The notes: generated by a model not told the origin, from the letters alone. DNA of 64,000 nt from Octopus sinensis (GCF_006345805.1 NC_043006.1:45508001-45572000); one strand, 5' to 3'; numbered from the stretch's first letter, positions 12,237-22,848 are shown. Numbers and translations are program-made.

Positions 12237-12659
12237 ATGGACACATGTTTCTGCCTCAATTAGCTATCATCAGCAGAATAATTCTCAAACTTTATCACCA
12301 GTAGCCAAGAGACTTAAGCTTTATTCAAAAAGAGTAGAACACATTTATTTATGGCCTAGGTAATCTGCATGATTTCACAACCAGTGTTAGTTAGATTATG
12401 TTACCCTAACTTAGAAGTTTGGCAAAAGTTACTCATAAAATAAGTACCTGATTTAAAAAAAAGTAAGTACCAGGTGCAATTCGTCTCACTAAACCCTTGA
12501 AGGCAGTACCCAAGCATGGCAGCAGGGCAGAAACTGAAACAAGTAAAATGTGTGTGTGTGTGTGGGGGGGGGTCAGAACTGAACCTTTGAGTAGACAAAA
12601 GTTGATAGGGTGTTGGTGTCAGAGAGAGAGAAAGAGAGGGAGAGAGAGAGAGAGAAAGA

Positions 12660-12960
12660 GAGCTTCGTTGCTGCAAACTGTGATGGTGTGATCCAACAGG
12701 AAGTTTCCAATTCAAGAAACATGAGTTAGATCGATTCCATAAGTGGTTTAGCTAAGTTAGGAGATTCTCATGCCAGACATGGTTGAATGTTTTTGTGATG
12801 CCAAGTGAAACAACCTTGTTTTTGCCAAATTTCTCAAGTACTTGAGATCAAGTCTCCATTAGGCCTTAGTTTTATAGAAGCTGCACATGTGGTTAGTGAC
12901 AAGGGAGAGGGGACTCGTGGTGTTGGAGAATAGATTTAAGCGACTGAGCAAGGCTGTTAG
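12660..12960 (-). pseudogene. Reverse-transcriptase relic of a CR1/L2/Jockey-group LINE
   Basis: Frameshifted minus translation LVTNHMCSFYKTK...FGKNKVVSLGITKTFNHVWHENLLT*L...YGIDLTHVS*IGNFLLDHTITV resembles the RT segment (HQYGFR...LDISKAFDRVWH...YGI...WISSFL). Confidence 0.7.
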
Positions 12961-13074
12961 GATGTTGATGGTTTGGTAAGACAGGCTGGACATTCAACCT
13001 GTTTTTGCTACAGCACAGTTTGGCACTTGAGGCATACACACACACCATGCACACACATGCATGTGCATGTCGAT

Positions 13075-13150
13075 CAGTGGTTCTCAACTGGGGTCTATAT
13101 GGGCCCTGATAGTTCATATAAGGTTTTTTGGGGTTCACTCAACAAAATTT
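13075..13150 (+). mobile_element. hAT-type MITE left end
   Basis: CAGTGGTTCTCAAC terminus; interior similar to 50130-50200. Confidence 0.55.
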
Positions 13151-13185
13151 TCATCCATCTTTATGTTATGAGTTCAAATTCCACA

Positions 13186-13583
13186 TAGGCGTAGGAGTAG
13201 CTGTGTGGTAAGTAGCTTGCTTGCCAACCACCTGGTTCCGGGTTCAATCCCACTGCATGGCACCTTGGGCAAGTGTCTTCTACTATAGCCTCGGGCCTTG
13301 TGAGTGGATTTGGTAGATGGAAACTGAAAGAAGCCCATCGTATATATGTATATATATGTGTATGTATGTGTGTGTGTATATGTTTGTGTGTATATGTTTG
13401 TGTATCTGTGTTTGTCCCCCCAACATTGCTTGACAACCGATGGTGGTGTGTTTACATCCCTGTAACTTAGCAGTTCGGCAAAAGAGACCGATAGAATAAG
13501 TCCTGGGGTCAATTTGCTTGACTAAAGGTGGTGCTCCAGCATGGCCACAGTCACATGACTGAAACAAGTAAAAGAGTAAAAGA
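13186..13583 (+). mobile_element. SINE family A, full length
   Basis: Complete head, microsatellite and GAGTAAAA tail. Confidence 0.9.
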
Positions 13584-13606
13584 ATTATTCTATATGTGTG
13601 TGTGTG

Positions 13607-13764
13607 TGATGGGATTCCACATAGTTTCCATCTACTCATTTCACTCCCAAGGCATTAGTTGGTTTAGGACTACAATCGCTCAAGGTGCTGCACAGTGAAA
13701 CTGAATCTAAAACCATGCAGTTGCAAAACGAGTGCTTCTTCACAACACAGCCATGCCTGCACCT
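13607..13764 (-). mobile_element. SINE family A head, degenerate
   Basis: ACACAGCCATGCCTGCACC and CAAGGTGCTGCACAGTG motifs. Confidence 0.6.
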
Positions 13765-14269
13765 CTGAAGAATATGTAAACATCAATATAAGAATGTAAC
13801 AGAATTAAAATATGTAGCTATAAACATCATCGTGCTTATCTTTTTTGGCAAGTTTTATATGTTGGGTTTATTGGTCGTACTTGCTCACTTTTTGTAATAG
13901 ATGTATCTATATGCAACTTGTGTATTTGTTTGTGTGTGTATACGATTGTATGTGTGTATAGGTTTCATCAGTTGATAATTAATACATACATACATATATA
14001 TATATATTTGACACATTATGTTGAAATTGTTTTCTGTCAGTCTTCAGTTGAAAGTGTCAGTGAGAAAAAAACTTCAATTATTCAAAATATTGGAATATAT
14101 ATTTGGCATCTTCAAAGAATTTTTCTTTCTCCTTAATGTTTATTTTCTGATATTGTTTAGATATGAAAATTTTATTTCGGGAAATTTACAGCTAACTTAA
14201 AAATAAAAATACTTTCTTAAACAATTTTTTTTTTGCATATTTTCATGACATTGAAATTCTGTACAAGTA

Positions 14270-14362
14270 TGTATGTGTGTGTGAGGGAGAGAGAGAGAGA
14301 GACTGAATGAGAGAGACTGAGTGAGAGAGAGAGAGAGAGTGTGTGTGTGTGTGTGTGTGTGT
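14270..14362. repeat. Compound (TG)/(AG)/(TG) microsatellite
   Basis: Direct inspection. Confidence 0.9.
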
Positions 14363-15357
14363 TTGAATCTGAGAGTGCCAACATCCAATTGAAAATAGTT
14401 CTTAGATGTTACAAACTTTGGTTTGCTCTATGTTATTGTTAAAATGGCTGACAGTTCTGTAAATATTCCCACACGTGTGGGTTGATAGTATAAAAATTTA
14501 ATGTCACTATACTCTTAACTATGCTACTTTGAAGTTTGTGATTCTATAGGATTAAATAACTATCTATTAATATTTCTCTTATTATTCTTGTAACTTACTA
14601 TACACCTTTTTTTTCCACCCCTCTCCCCATCCTCTCAGCTTTTTTTTTTTTTTTTTCAATGAGGCCAATTCTGCTAATACATTGAATTCAGCTGATAATG
14701 ATTAGCATGAGAACAGTCCTGAACTGGTGCCAACTCTTAGGTACTCTCAGTAAGTGAAATATTCTTAGTTGTATTGTGACCTGAATTGGTGTTGATATAA
14801 GAAAATTTCCTATACTGGTGGCTAAATAAAGGAATATTGACCAAAAACAGATCAAAATATTGTCTTGCCAAAGTGTAAATATATTTGACTTATTTAAGTA
14901 ATGCACTGACAGGCTGTTTTACTGCAGATCACTTTTGTTCATGTGTCTTTCAGTTATTCAAGCCAGCAGCAAATAGTGTGTATGTGTATTGATGTGGGTG
15001 TATGTGTGTTTTGGTGGAGGTGGTATGTGAGGGAAGGTGATTTTTACTTTCATCTTCATGATTTTCAACTTCTTAGCATCTGTTGTTTTGCAAGTGTGAA
15101 CTGAAAACTACAGTTTGTTGTAAGCCTTATCTGATGAAAGAAAGAATATTCCTTGAAGTGCTAAAAATTTAAGGCTTACATTATTATTTTGTGTAACGAT
15201 TAATTAAAGGACTGTGTTAACAAAATTCAAAATATTTCTTTAACTCGTTAGTGTCCATAAATTAATGGTAGCAATGTCTTTTACTACAGCTCCAGGTTGA
15301 TCAAAGCCTTGTGAGTGGAATCGGTAGACAGAAAGTGAAAGAAGCCAATTGTGTATA

Positions 15358-15481
15358 CAGTAATACCTCTCACTTTACTAAGGGCCTGCTTTATGAGACC
15401 CCGGGTTTACGAGTTTTTACAAGTTTTTGCTTTATGAGTGTTCGCCAAGAGCAAATTAACTCATATACCGAGGCATTAGTG
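15358..15481. mobile_element. pogo/Tigger-type MITE
   Basis: TA then CAGTAATACCTC...GAGGCATTAGTG imperfect terminal inverted repeats (10/12). Confidence 0.55.
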
Positions 15482-15611
15482 CTATATATCACCATTCATC
15501 ATCATCATCATCTAACGTTCGCTTTCCATGCTGGCATGGTTGGGATTGAACCCAAAATCACATAGTTGGGAAGCAAGCTTCTTAAACCACACAGCACCTA
15601 TCATCATAATG

Positions 15612-15787
15612 ATTTCAAATTTTTGCCACAAGGGCAGCTTGTGGGAGGGGGATTAAGTCGATTACATCGACCCCAGTGTGTAACTGGTACTTATTTAATC
15701 GACCCCGAATTCCTTGGTGGAATTTGAACTCAGAACGTAGTGGCAGATGAAATACTGCTAAGCATTTCACCTGGCATGCTAACAATT
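15612..15787 (-). mobile_element. SINE family B, internally deleted
   Basis: GTCGATTACATCGACCCCAGTG and GGAATTTGAACTCAGAACG. Confidence 0.8.
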
Positions 15788-15830
15788 CATAATGAAAGAT
15801 GCAATGGGCAAATTTATCCAAGACAACAAG

Positions 15831-15910
15831 TTTGATCCGGGAATGCTTTTGATCCTTAAATGCCTTTGATCTTGGAATACATTTGATCCTGGAATGCCTT
15901 TGATCTTCAA
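15831..15910. repeat. 17-bp minisatellite, about 4.7 units
   Basis: Units TTTGATCCGGGAATGCT / TTTGATCCTTAAATGCC / TTTGATCTTGGAATACA / TTTGATCCTGGAATGCC / TTTGATCTTCAA. Confidence 0.85.
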
Positions 15911-16759
15911 TCTGTACAATAAGGAGTGGCCTAGGGACTAACCAACTACAACTACCTGTATTCTCTTCTTAAAGGATAAATAAATGTAGTTAACTGTAAG
16001 AATTTAGTGTCTTGGTTGCAGACTCTATGCAATGGCATACACAAGATATCTCCCGTTTACTTCTTGGCTGATGCATTGGTATCCATTGTCTATTCCAACT
16101 GCATTCTTATGTATAATGTTGATGGCGTTAGTGAAGACGAAACTGACCATAGTAGAAAATTTGAACTTGCAATATTGAGTCCCTCAGTTTGGCAGTCTAC
16201 CATTTCTGTCAACTCCAGGCAGTTATGGCTATCTCTTCAGCTGTCTTAAATCCTTAAAACAATTCTGCTGTTGATAAACTCCTTGGAGCCAGTCTTTAGT
16301 CTAAAACATATTTGTTGTTATTTTTAATTAATAATAATAAAAAAAGAAAACTCTAACAAAATTATGATTTACTGCCAACAATCAATCCACAAGAAAGCTT
16401 TTTCAACAATGTCTTTTGGATAAGAATGGTGGGGTAGGAATATAGAAATTAAGATTGTTAGCTCTTTTCTGACTGGGGACAGAAAAAATAAATAATCAAA
16501 AAACAAAAAACAAAACAAAAGCATAAATGAATTTGCTGGGATTGAAAATATACTTTCAGTTATCTGTCTTATCATGTTTTTTCACTTCCTGCCAAAATAA
16601 CAAATGAATACTAGTTTATCCAAAGATTTGTTCTTTCTGTGCAAAATACAGAAAAATTAAAACAAGAAATACAAATTGACTATTTATTGTAAGTAAGGTG
16701 AAGCATCAACAATTCCACTTGAGTTGAAAATCAATTTTCTATAGAAAATAGCATTTCTG

Positions 16760-16797
<38 letters not shown>

Positions 16798-16876
16798 TTT
16801 ACAATGTTGTTGATTTTTTAATATTTTATATATATATATATATATAATATATATAATATATATATATATATTATAT

Positions 16877-16940
<64 letters not shown>
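16760..16940. repeat. Interrupted (TA)n tracts
   Basis: Direct inspection. Confidence 0.9.
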
Positions 16941-16941
<1 letters not shown>

Positions 16942-17599
16942 TTCCATTAATTTGATACATCTGAAATGGGAAGTCTGTGATAAAAAAAAAAGAAGAAGCC
17001 CCCTCTCCTTCCGCTATTTTAGACAAGCCATTCCAAAGATAAGGTTAAGGTCACAGTGTCAGTAAAATTCCTTTGTGGCACAACTCAAAGTCTTCAGTTA
17101 ATACCAGCCTATATACTTCTAAGAATAACCAGCCAGGCAGTTTATAGATATTAACATTCACACACACACACACACAAGCATACATACACACTATACATAT
17201 ACATACATACACACATATTGTGTGTATATGAAGAAAGCGAGTGAGGGGAGAGGTCTCAGAATATCTTATTTGACAAACAAGGAATAATGAGGTTACTAGC
17301 CAAATAACACAGGCTATAGATAAAACATACCAATTTCTAGAATCACCAAATGCCAATTAGATAGTGCTATCAACACTTCTTGGTTGATAACATCAGATAG
17401 ACTTGCAGAAGTGAATAGAATAATAAAGTATATATAAATATATTAGAATTTATCGGAATCTAATTGAGGTACTGTGGCTGGTCACATGGTCAGTTACTTG
17501 GTTCGGGTTTTTATTTTAGCCAGTGTGTTGTGTGTCTCTAGGCCAAACAGACTATATCTGCATACCACAGTCTGCTCGATTGGTAAAAGGCTCTCCTGT

Positions 17600-17955
17600 G
17601 AGTGGCAAGCTGGCCGAACTTTTAACATGCCAGATAAAATGCTTAACAATATTTTGTCTTTTTGCCTTTCACCCTTTCGGGGGGTCGATTAAATAAGTAC
17701 CAGTTACACACTGGATTCGATGTAATCGACTTAATCCCTTTGTCTGTCCTTGTTTGTCTCCTCTATGTTTAGCCCTCTGTGGGCAATAAAGAAATAAATA
17801 TTTTGTCTTTCCTTATGTTCTGAGTTCAAAATTCTGTTGCTGTTGATTTTGTCTTTCAATTTTTTCAGGGTCAATAAAATAAATGCCAGTCAAATATTGG
17901 GGGACTTCTCCCTCCCCTCAAAAACTGCTGGCCCTGTTCTGAAAATTTGAAATTA
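17600..17955 (+). mobile_element. Old SINE B containing a younger 5'-truncated SINE B (17662-17796)
   Basis: 14-bp TSD AATATTTTGTCTTT at 17648-17661 and 17797-17810. Confidence 0.8.
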
Positions 17956-18012
17956 TTATTAACAGTAGTAAAAGAGTAGAATTCAAAGAAATGAGTTATG
18001 TTCTTACTGCAT

Positions 18013-18170
18013 TGGCAAGTCTGTGTGGTTAAGAAGTTTGCTTCTGACCCACATGGTTTTGGGTTCTGTCCCACTGCATGGTACCTTGGGCAAGTATCTT
18101 CTATTATAACCTCAGGTCAACTTAATCTCTATGAGTGGATTTGGCAGATGGAAACTGAAAGAAGCCCATT
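18013..18170 (+). mobile_element. SINE family A head
   Basis: CTGTGTGGTTAAG...GGAAACTGAAAGAAGCCC. Confidence 0.8.
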
Positions 18171-18204
18171 ACGCACACACACACAAACACATATATATAT
18201 ATAT

Positions 18205-18367
18205 TTCGTTTTTGGATTTGGTTTGCAAGATTCTTTATATGAGTTCGTGTGTCGAAGCATATTCTGTTGTGTCTAGGGAGAGTCATTTTCTTGTGCCTTA
18301 TTATTTAACACACTCACTTAAATAAGGCACAATAAGAAAATGACTCTCCCCAGACACAACAGAATAT
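18205..18367 (+). mobile_element. Fold-back repeat, same family as 50329-50591
   Basis: Arms 18259-18302 and 18321-18367 are reverse complements (ATATTCTGTTGTGTCT...GTGCCTTATT). Confidence 0.8.
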
Positions 18368-18411
18368 ATATACATATATATATATATATATAAATGGATA
18401 GACAGACACAC

Positions 18412-18666
18412 AGGTGCAGGCATGGCTGTGTGGTAAGTAGTTTGGTTCCCAGCCACATTGCTCTAGGTTCACTCCCACTGTGTGGCACCTTGCGCAAGTA
18501 TCTTCTACTCTAGCCCCAGGTCAACTAAATCTCTGTGAATGGATTTGGTAGATGGAAACTGAAAGAAGCCCAATGTCACCCGTCCTAGAGGAACGTAAAA
18601 GCACCCATTACACTCTGGGAAGTAGTTGGCGTTAGGAAGGACATCCAGCCATAGAAAACCATGCCA
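18412..18666 (+). mobile_element. Chimeric SINE: A head, linker, D tail
   Basis: Junction GAAAGAAGCCC-AATGTCACCCGT shared with 57221-57435. Confidence 0.75.
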
Positions 18667-19006
18667 CCAGCATGGGCGCCAGTCAAGGTGGCGCTGGCAT
18701 CAGCCACATTCGGATGGTGCTTTTTATGTGCCATCGGCACAGGTATCACAACTGCAATTTCCATTTGATTTTTATAATAATGTTGATGTACTTGACTCAA
18801 TAGGTCTCCTCAAGCACAGCAAGTCACCCTACAATCCAAGGTAAGCACAGCAGGCTGCCCTGTGATCCAATTAGAAATTTAAAAATTTACCAAAGTTTCA
18901 AATGAAAAGTAAAGCTAAATGATCTCATTAAGAATACACAGGTAATTAATGATGACACATTCATGTTAGTCATACTGTATTTATATAAGAACTATGACTG
19001 TATGAA

Positions 19007-19210
19007 GCATCATCATCATCATCATCATTGTTTAACGTCTGCTTTCCATGCTGGCATGGGTTGGATGGTTTGACTGAGGACTGGCAAGCCAGAAGGCTGC
19101 ACCAGGCTCCAATCTGATCTTGCAAGGTTTCTTTCTACAGCTGGATGCCCTTCCTAACGCCAACCACTCCGAGAGTGTAGTGGATGGTTTTTACGTGTCA
19201 CTGGCAGCAC
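19007..19210 (-). mobile_element. Family D repeat
   Basis: (CAT)n-TTTAACGTCTGCTTTCCATGCTGGCATGGGTTGG...GGATGCCCTTCCTAACGCC. Confidence 0.85.
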
Positions 19211-19839
19211 TACATTTAATTTTTCTTTAAAATCACCATTTTAAATATGATACCAGGTTAATATTTTCATTACCTTTGCTGCTTTAGAAGTCAAAAAGCA
19301 ACAAATAGTATTCTCTCTGGGTTTGCTGAAAAAGATTATATAAATGTTTTTTAATAATTATTTTCTTTTTTCTTTCTTTTTTCATACTTTTTTTTTTTTT
19401 CAATGGTGGGTTTAAAAACTTTTCATTCAGATAAGTAGAGTTGCTGGCATTGTAGTTAAAAAACATCCTTGAACTTATCAGTGCTTACAAATGTTGGCTG
19501 CTCTCAAATTAATCTGGCACTTTTTAAATATTCTAATATTAGTTTACATGGAAGATTTGAGTAGGCGAAAGGTTATCAGTGAAGAACCCTACTTAGAAGA
19601 AACAATTGTCATAGTTTCTCTCTCTACACAGGAATAACATGGGAAATATTCCAGGCTGTTCAGTTGGTCCAAAAAGAAAAAAAAAACCTAAAAACAACAA
19701 CAAAAATCCTCACTTTAATCTAAAAGAAAAGCTGTTTCAATATGCATACACACACACACACACACACACAGATTTTAAAAAATTATTGTATCTCAAAAAT
19801 ATGCCTGAACTTAAAATACATAAAACCCCTTGGTAATAT

Positions 19840-20012
19840 CCTCCTCCTCCCTCTCTTCCTCCCCTCTTCTTCCTCCTCATCCTTTTCCTCCTCGTCCTCG
19901 TCCTCCTTCTCTTCCTCCTCGTCCTCTTCCTCCTCTTCATCATCTTCCTCTTCCTCCCCTTCCTCTTCCTCTTCTCCTCCTCTTCCTCCCCCACTTCTTC
20001 GTCCTCCACTTC
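19840..20012. repeat. (TCC/TCT)n polypyrimidine low-complexity tract
   Basis: Direct inspection. Confidence 0.9.
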
Positions 20013-20014
20013 TC

Positions 20015-20190
20015 ATCATCACCATTGTTGATTAACATCTGTGTTCCTTACTGGCATGGGTTGGATGGCTTGACAGGTTCCAGCAAAGCTGGGAGTTGTG
20101 TTGGTCTCCAATGTTAGCCTTGGCATGGTTTCTGGGGCTGAATGCCCTTCCTAATGTTGACCATTTTACAGAGTGTACTGGATGCTTTTT
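20015..20190 (-). mobile_element. Family D repeat, degenerate
   Basis: GGCATGGGTTGGATGG...ATGCCCTTCCTAATG. Confidence 0.7.
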
Positions 20191-20625
20191 GCATAATTTT
20201 TTTTATAAAAGAAGAGAAATTAAAAAAAAAAATCTGTTTAAAATCTGATGTTAGTGCCATAGCTCTCTTGCCAAAAAGCTAGTAAAAAAGTAAAGAAGTT
20301 TGCATTTTTGAATTTGGCTTGGAAGATTCTTCATGTGAACTTGTGCTTTGAAACAAATTTTATTGTATTTTGGAAGGGTCATTATGCCAATAAACACATA
20401 CACACACACACTGGTTCTGTTTCACTTCTATTATTCATTAGTTGGTTAAATAATTTAATAGTATCTGGAGATAGAACAAAAAAAAAATGTAAAGGATACT
20501 TCTGTGATACTTAACTCTCTTGTGCTCTCTTTGAATGCCATTAGAATATTTTAGCAATTTGGCCATTCACTATTTTATTTCCTCATTCTGTTTAGTCATG
20601 TTGGTTGATAATAACGATAATAGAA

Positions 20626-21012
20626 AGGACGTGGCTATGTGGTAAGAGGCTTGCTTCCCAGCCACATGGTTCCAGGTTCAGTCCCACTGTGTGGAACCTT
20701 GGGCAAGTGTCTTCTACTATAGCCTTGAGCTGACCAAAGCCTTGTGAGTGGGTTTGGTAGACGGAAACTGAGAGAAGTCCGTTGTGTATATATATATATA
20801 TATGTATGTATGTGTTTGTTGTTTGTATCTGTGTTTGTCCTCCTACCATCGCTTGACAACTGATGGTGGTGTGTTTACGTCCCCGTCACTTAACAGTTTG
20901 GCAAAAAGCGACCGATGGAATAAGCACTAGGCTTACAAAGAATAAGTTCTGGGGTTGATTTATTTGACTTAAGGTGGTGTTCCAGCATGGCTGCAGTCAA
21001 ATGACTGAAACA
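20626..21012 (+). mobile_element. SINE family A
   Basis: Full head and tail. Confidence 0.85.
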
Positions 21013-21059
21013 CCCATGGATGTTTTAATGCCAGTAGTGATAGACAGTCAGCAATAGAC

Positions 21060-21412
21060 TCTTCCTCCCTTCCCCCTTTTCTTCCTCTTTCTCTTCTCTC
21101 CTTCCTTCTCTTCCTGCCTTCCATCTCTTCCCCCCTCCTCTTTGTGCCTTCCATCTCTTCCCTCCTTTCCTATCCTTCTCCTCTCATCTTCCCTCTTTTC
21201 TTCCTCTTGTTTCTTTCTTCCTCTCCTTCCCTCCTTCCTCCTCTTCCATACTTCCTCTTCCCTCCTTCCACCTCTTTACTCTTCCCTCCTTCCTTCTCTT
21301 CTCTCTTCCTTCCTCCCCCTTTTCCTTCCTTCCTCTTCTCCCCTTCCTCTACTTCTTCTACCTTCCCCATCCACTTCCTCCACTTCCTCTTTCACCACCA
21401 CCACCACCACCA
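21060..21412. repeat. Long polypyrimidine (CT-rich) tract ending in (CAC)n
   Basis: About 330 nt almost devoid of purines on the + strand. Confidence 0.9.
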
Positions 21413-21471
21413 AGTAGAGACAGTAGGATTGGTAGGTGAGAGGAGATATGGATGCAGCTAAGATGAGGGTT

Positions 21472-21678
21472 ACCTTTTACTTGCATCAGTCATTAGACTG
21501 AGGCCATGCTGGGGCACCACCTTGAAGACTTTTTAGTTGAATGAATTGACCCCACTATTTTTTCAAGCTTGGTACTTACTCTATCAGTCTCTTTTGCTGA
21601 ACCAGTAAGTTATAGGGATGTTTACAAACCAACACTGGTTTGTTAAGTGGTGATAGAGAGACAAACAAAGAAACATGT

Positions 21679-21680
<2 letters not shown>
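21472..21680 (-). mobile_element. SINE family A 3' half
   Basis: TTTTACTTGCATCAGTCATTAGACTG...CTCTATCAGTCTCTTTTGCTGAAC. Confidence 0.7.
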
Positions 21681-21708
<28 letters not shown>

Positions 21709-21711
<3 letters not shown>

Positions 21712-21887
21712 TACAGGCATGGCTGTGCGCATAGGTGTTGGCACGGCTGCGTGGTAAGAAGCTTGTTTCCCAACCACATTCCGGGTTCACTCCCACTGCG
21801 TGGCACCTTGGGCAGGTGACTTCTGCTATAGCCTCAGGACGACCAAAGCCATGTGAGTGGATTTGGTAGACGGAAACTGAAAGAAGC

Positions 21888-21940
<53 letters not shown>

Positions 21941-22452
21941 TGTATGTGTGTGTGTGTCTGTGTATCTTCAGGGTTGGCCAAAAGTCACCCAACAATAAAT
22001 CAAAAATTCCATAAATACTGTGTCTGTAATTCTGTATTGACTCGAATGAAAAATTGTGTCACTCAAGAAGGGCTTCAGTTTGAACAATTTTCATGATGTT
22101 TCATATTTAGATGCTTTTATTCAATCCATTCAGTCGTTAAACATAAATAAATCTTGGTATTAAATGGTTTTGATTTACTGTCAGGTGACTTTTGGTCAAC
22201 CCTGTATATGCATGTATATCCGTATGTATTTATATGTGTGTCTATGTTTGACCTCTCTCCCATCACTTGACAACCAGTACTGGTGTGTTTATGTCCCTGT
22301 AATTTAGCGGTTTCGCAAAAGAGACTGATAGAATAAGTACTAGGCTTACAAAGAATAAGTCATGGGTTGATTTTGTTCAACTAAACTCCCCATGGCCATG
22401 TTTCTGCATGGCCTGTAGTTAAATGATTGAAACAAGTACAAGAATAAAAGAA
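21709..22452 (+). mobile_element. SINE family A interrupted by a mariner-type MITE
   Basis: Head 21709-21890, (TG)n, insertion 21969-22204, tail resumes at 22205. Confidence 0.8.
21969..22204. mobile_element. Tc1/mariner-type MITE
   Basis: 21-bp TIR CAGGGTTGGCCAAAAGTCACC / GGTGACTTTTGGTCAACCCTG (20/21), TA on the right flank. Confidence 0.85.
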
Positions 22453-22493
22453 TATATATTTATATATATTTCAATATGTGACCTTTTTCTATG

Positions 22494-22526
22494 TTTCTGA
22501 CAAAGAGCTCTGCTTGAACCGTTAAA
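22494..22526 (+). ncRNA. Degenerate minimal type I hammerhead motif within a short repeat (about 22470-22625)
   Basis: TTT-CTGACAA-A-GAGC tct GCTT-GAAC-CGTT-AAA: same geometry as 37764-37807 with two core substitutions. Confidence 0.5.
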
Positions 22527-22621
22527 TCCTCCTTCTTTCTTTCCTTTCTTGAGCATCCAATAACACTATACTTGTTCCGCGTCCTCGCATTGTTGTGTTT
22601 TTTCTTTGTTCATGTTTGGAT

Positions 22622-22664
<43 letters not shown>

Positions 22665-22667
<3 letters not shown>

Positions 22668-22848
22668 ACAGGTTTCTTTCAGTTTCCATTTGCCAAATTC
22701 ACTCACAAGGCTTTGGTCAGCATGAGGCTATAGTAGAAGACACTTGCCCAAAGTGTTATGCAGTGGGCCTGAACCCAGAACCACATGTACTTGGGAACCA
22801 TTTGCTTAGGAAGCAAGCTTCTTACCACACAGCCACACTAGTGCCTAT
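22665..22848 (-). mobile_element. SINE family A head
   Basis: TTTCTTTCAGTTTCC...CTTACCACACAGCCAC. Confidence 0.8.

Noticed and set aside
15119-15180. 11-bp inverted repeat enclosing CTGATGA...GAAG
   Set aside because: GAAG instead of GAAA, no usable stem III or UH triplet in register; an 11-bp inverted repeat is near chance expectation in 64 kb of AT-rich DNA.
16007-16249. 80-aa ORF in unique sequence
   Set aside because: TTG/GTG-type start, no homology recognised and no convincing splice sites.
17542-17597. Possible exon (GQTDYICIPQSARLVKGSP) ending at GTGAGT
   Set aside because: Weak acceptor tract, the donor abuts a SINE B head, and the peptide is not recognisable.
19737-20117. Glu/Arg/Ser-rich ORFs (also 21142-21461 and 61992-62192)
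   Set aside because: Low-complexity polypyrimidine tracts, not coding sequence.
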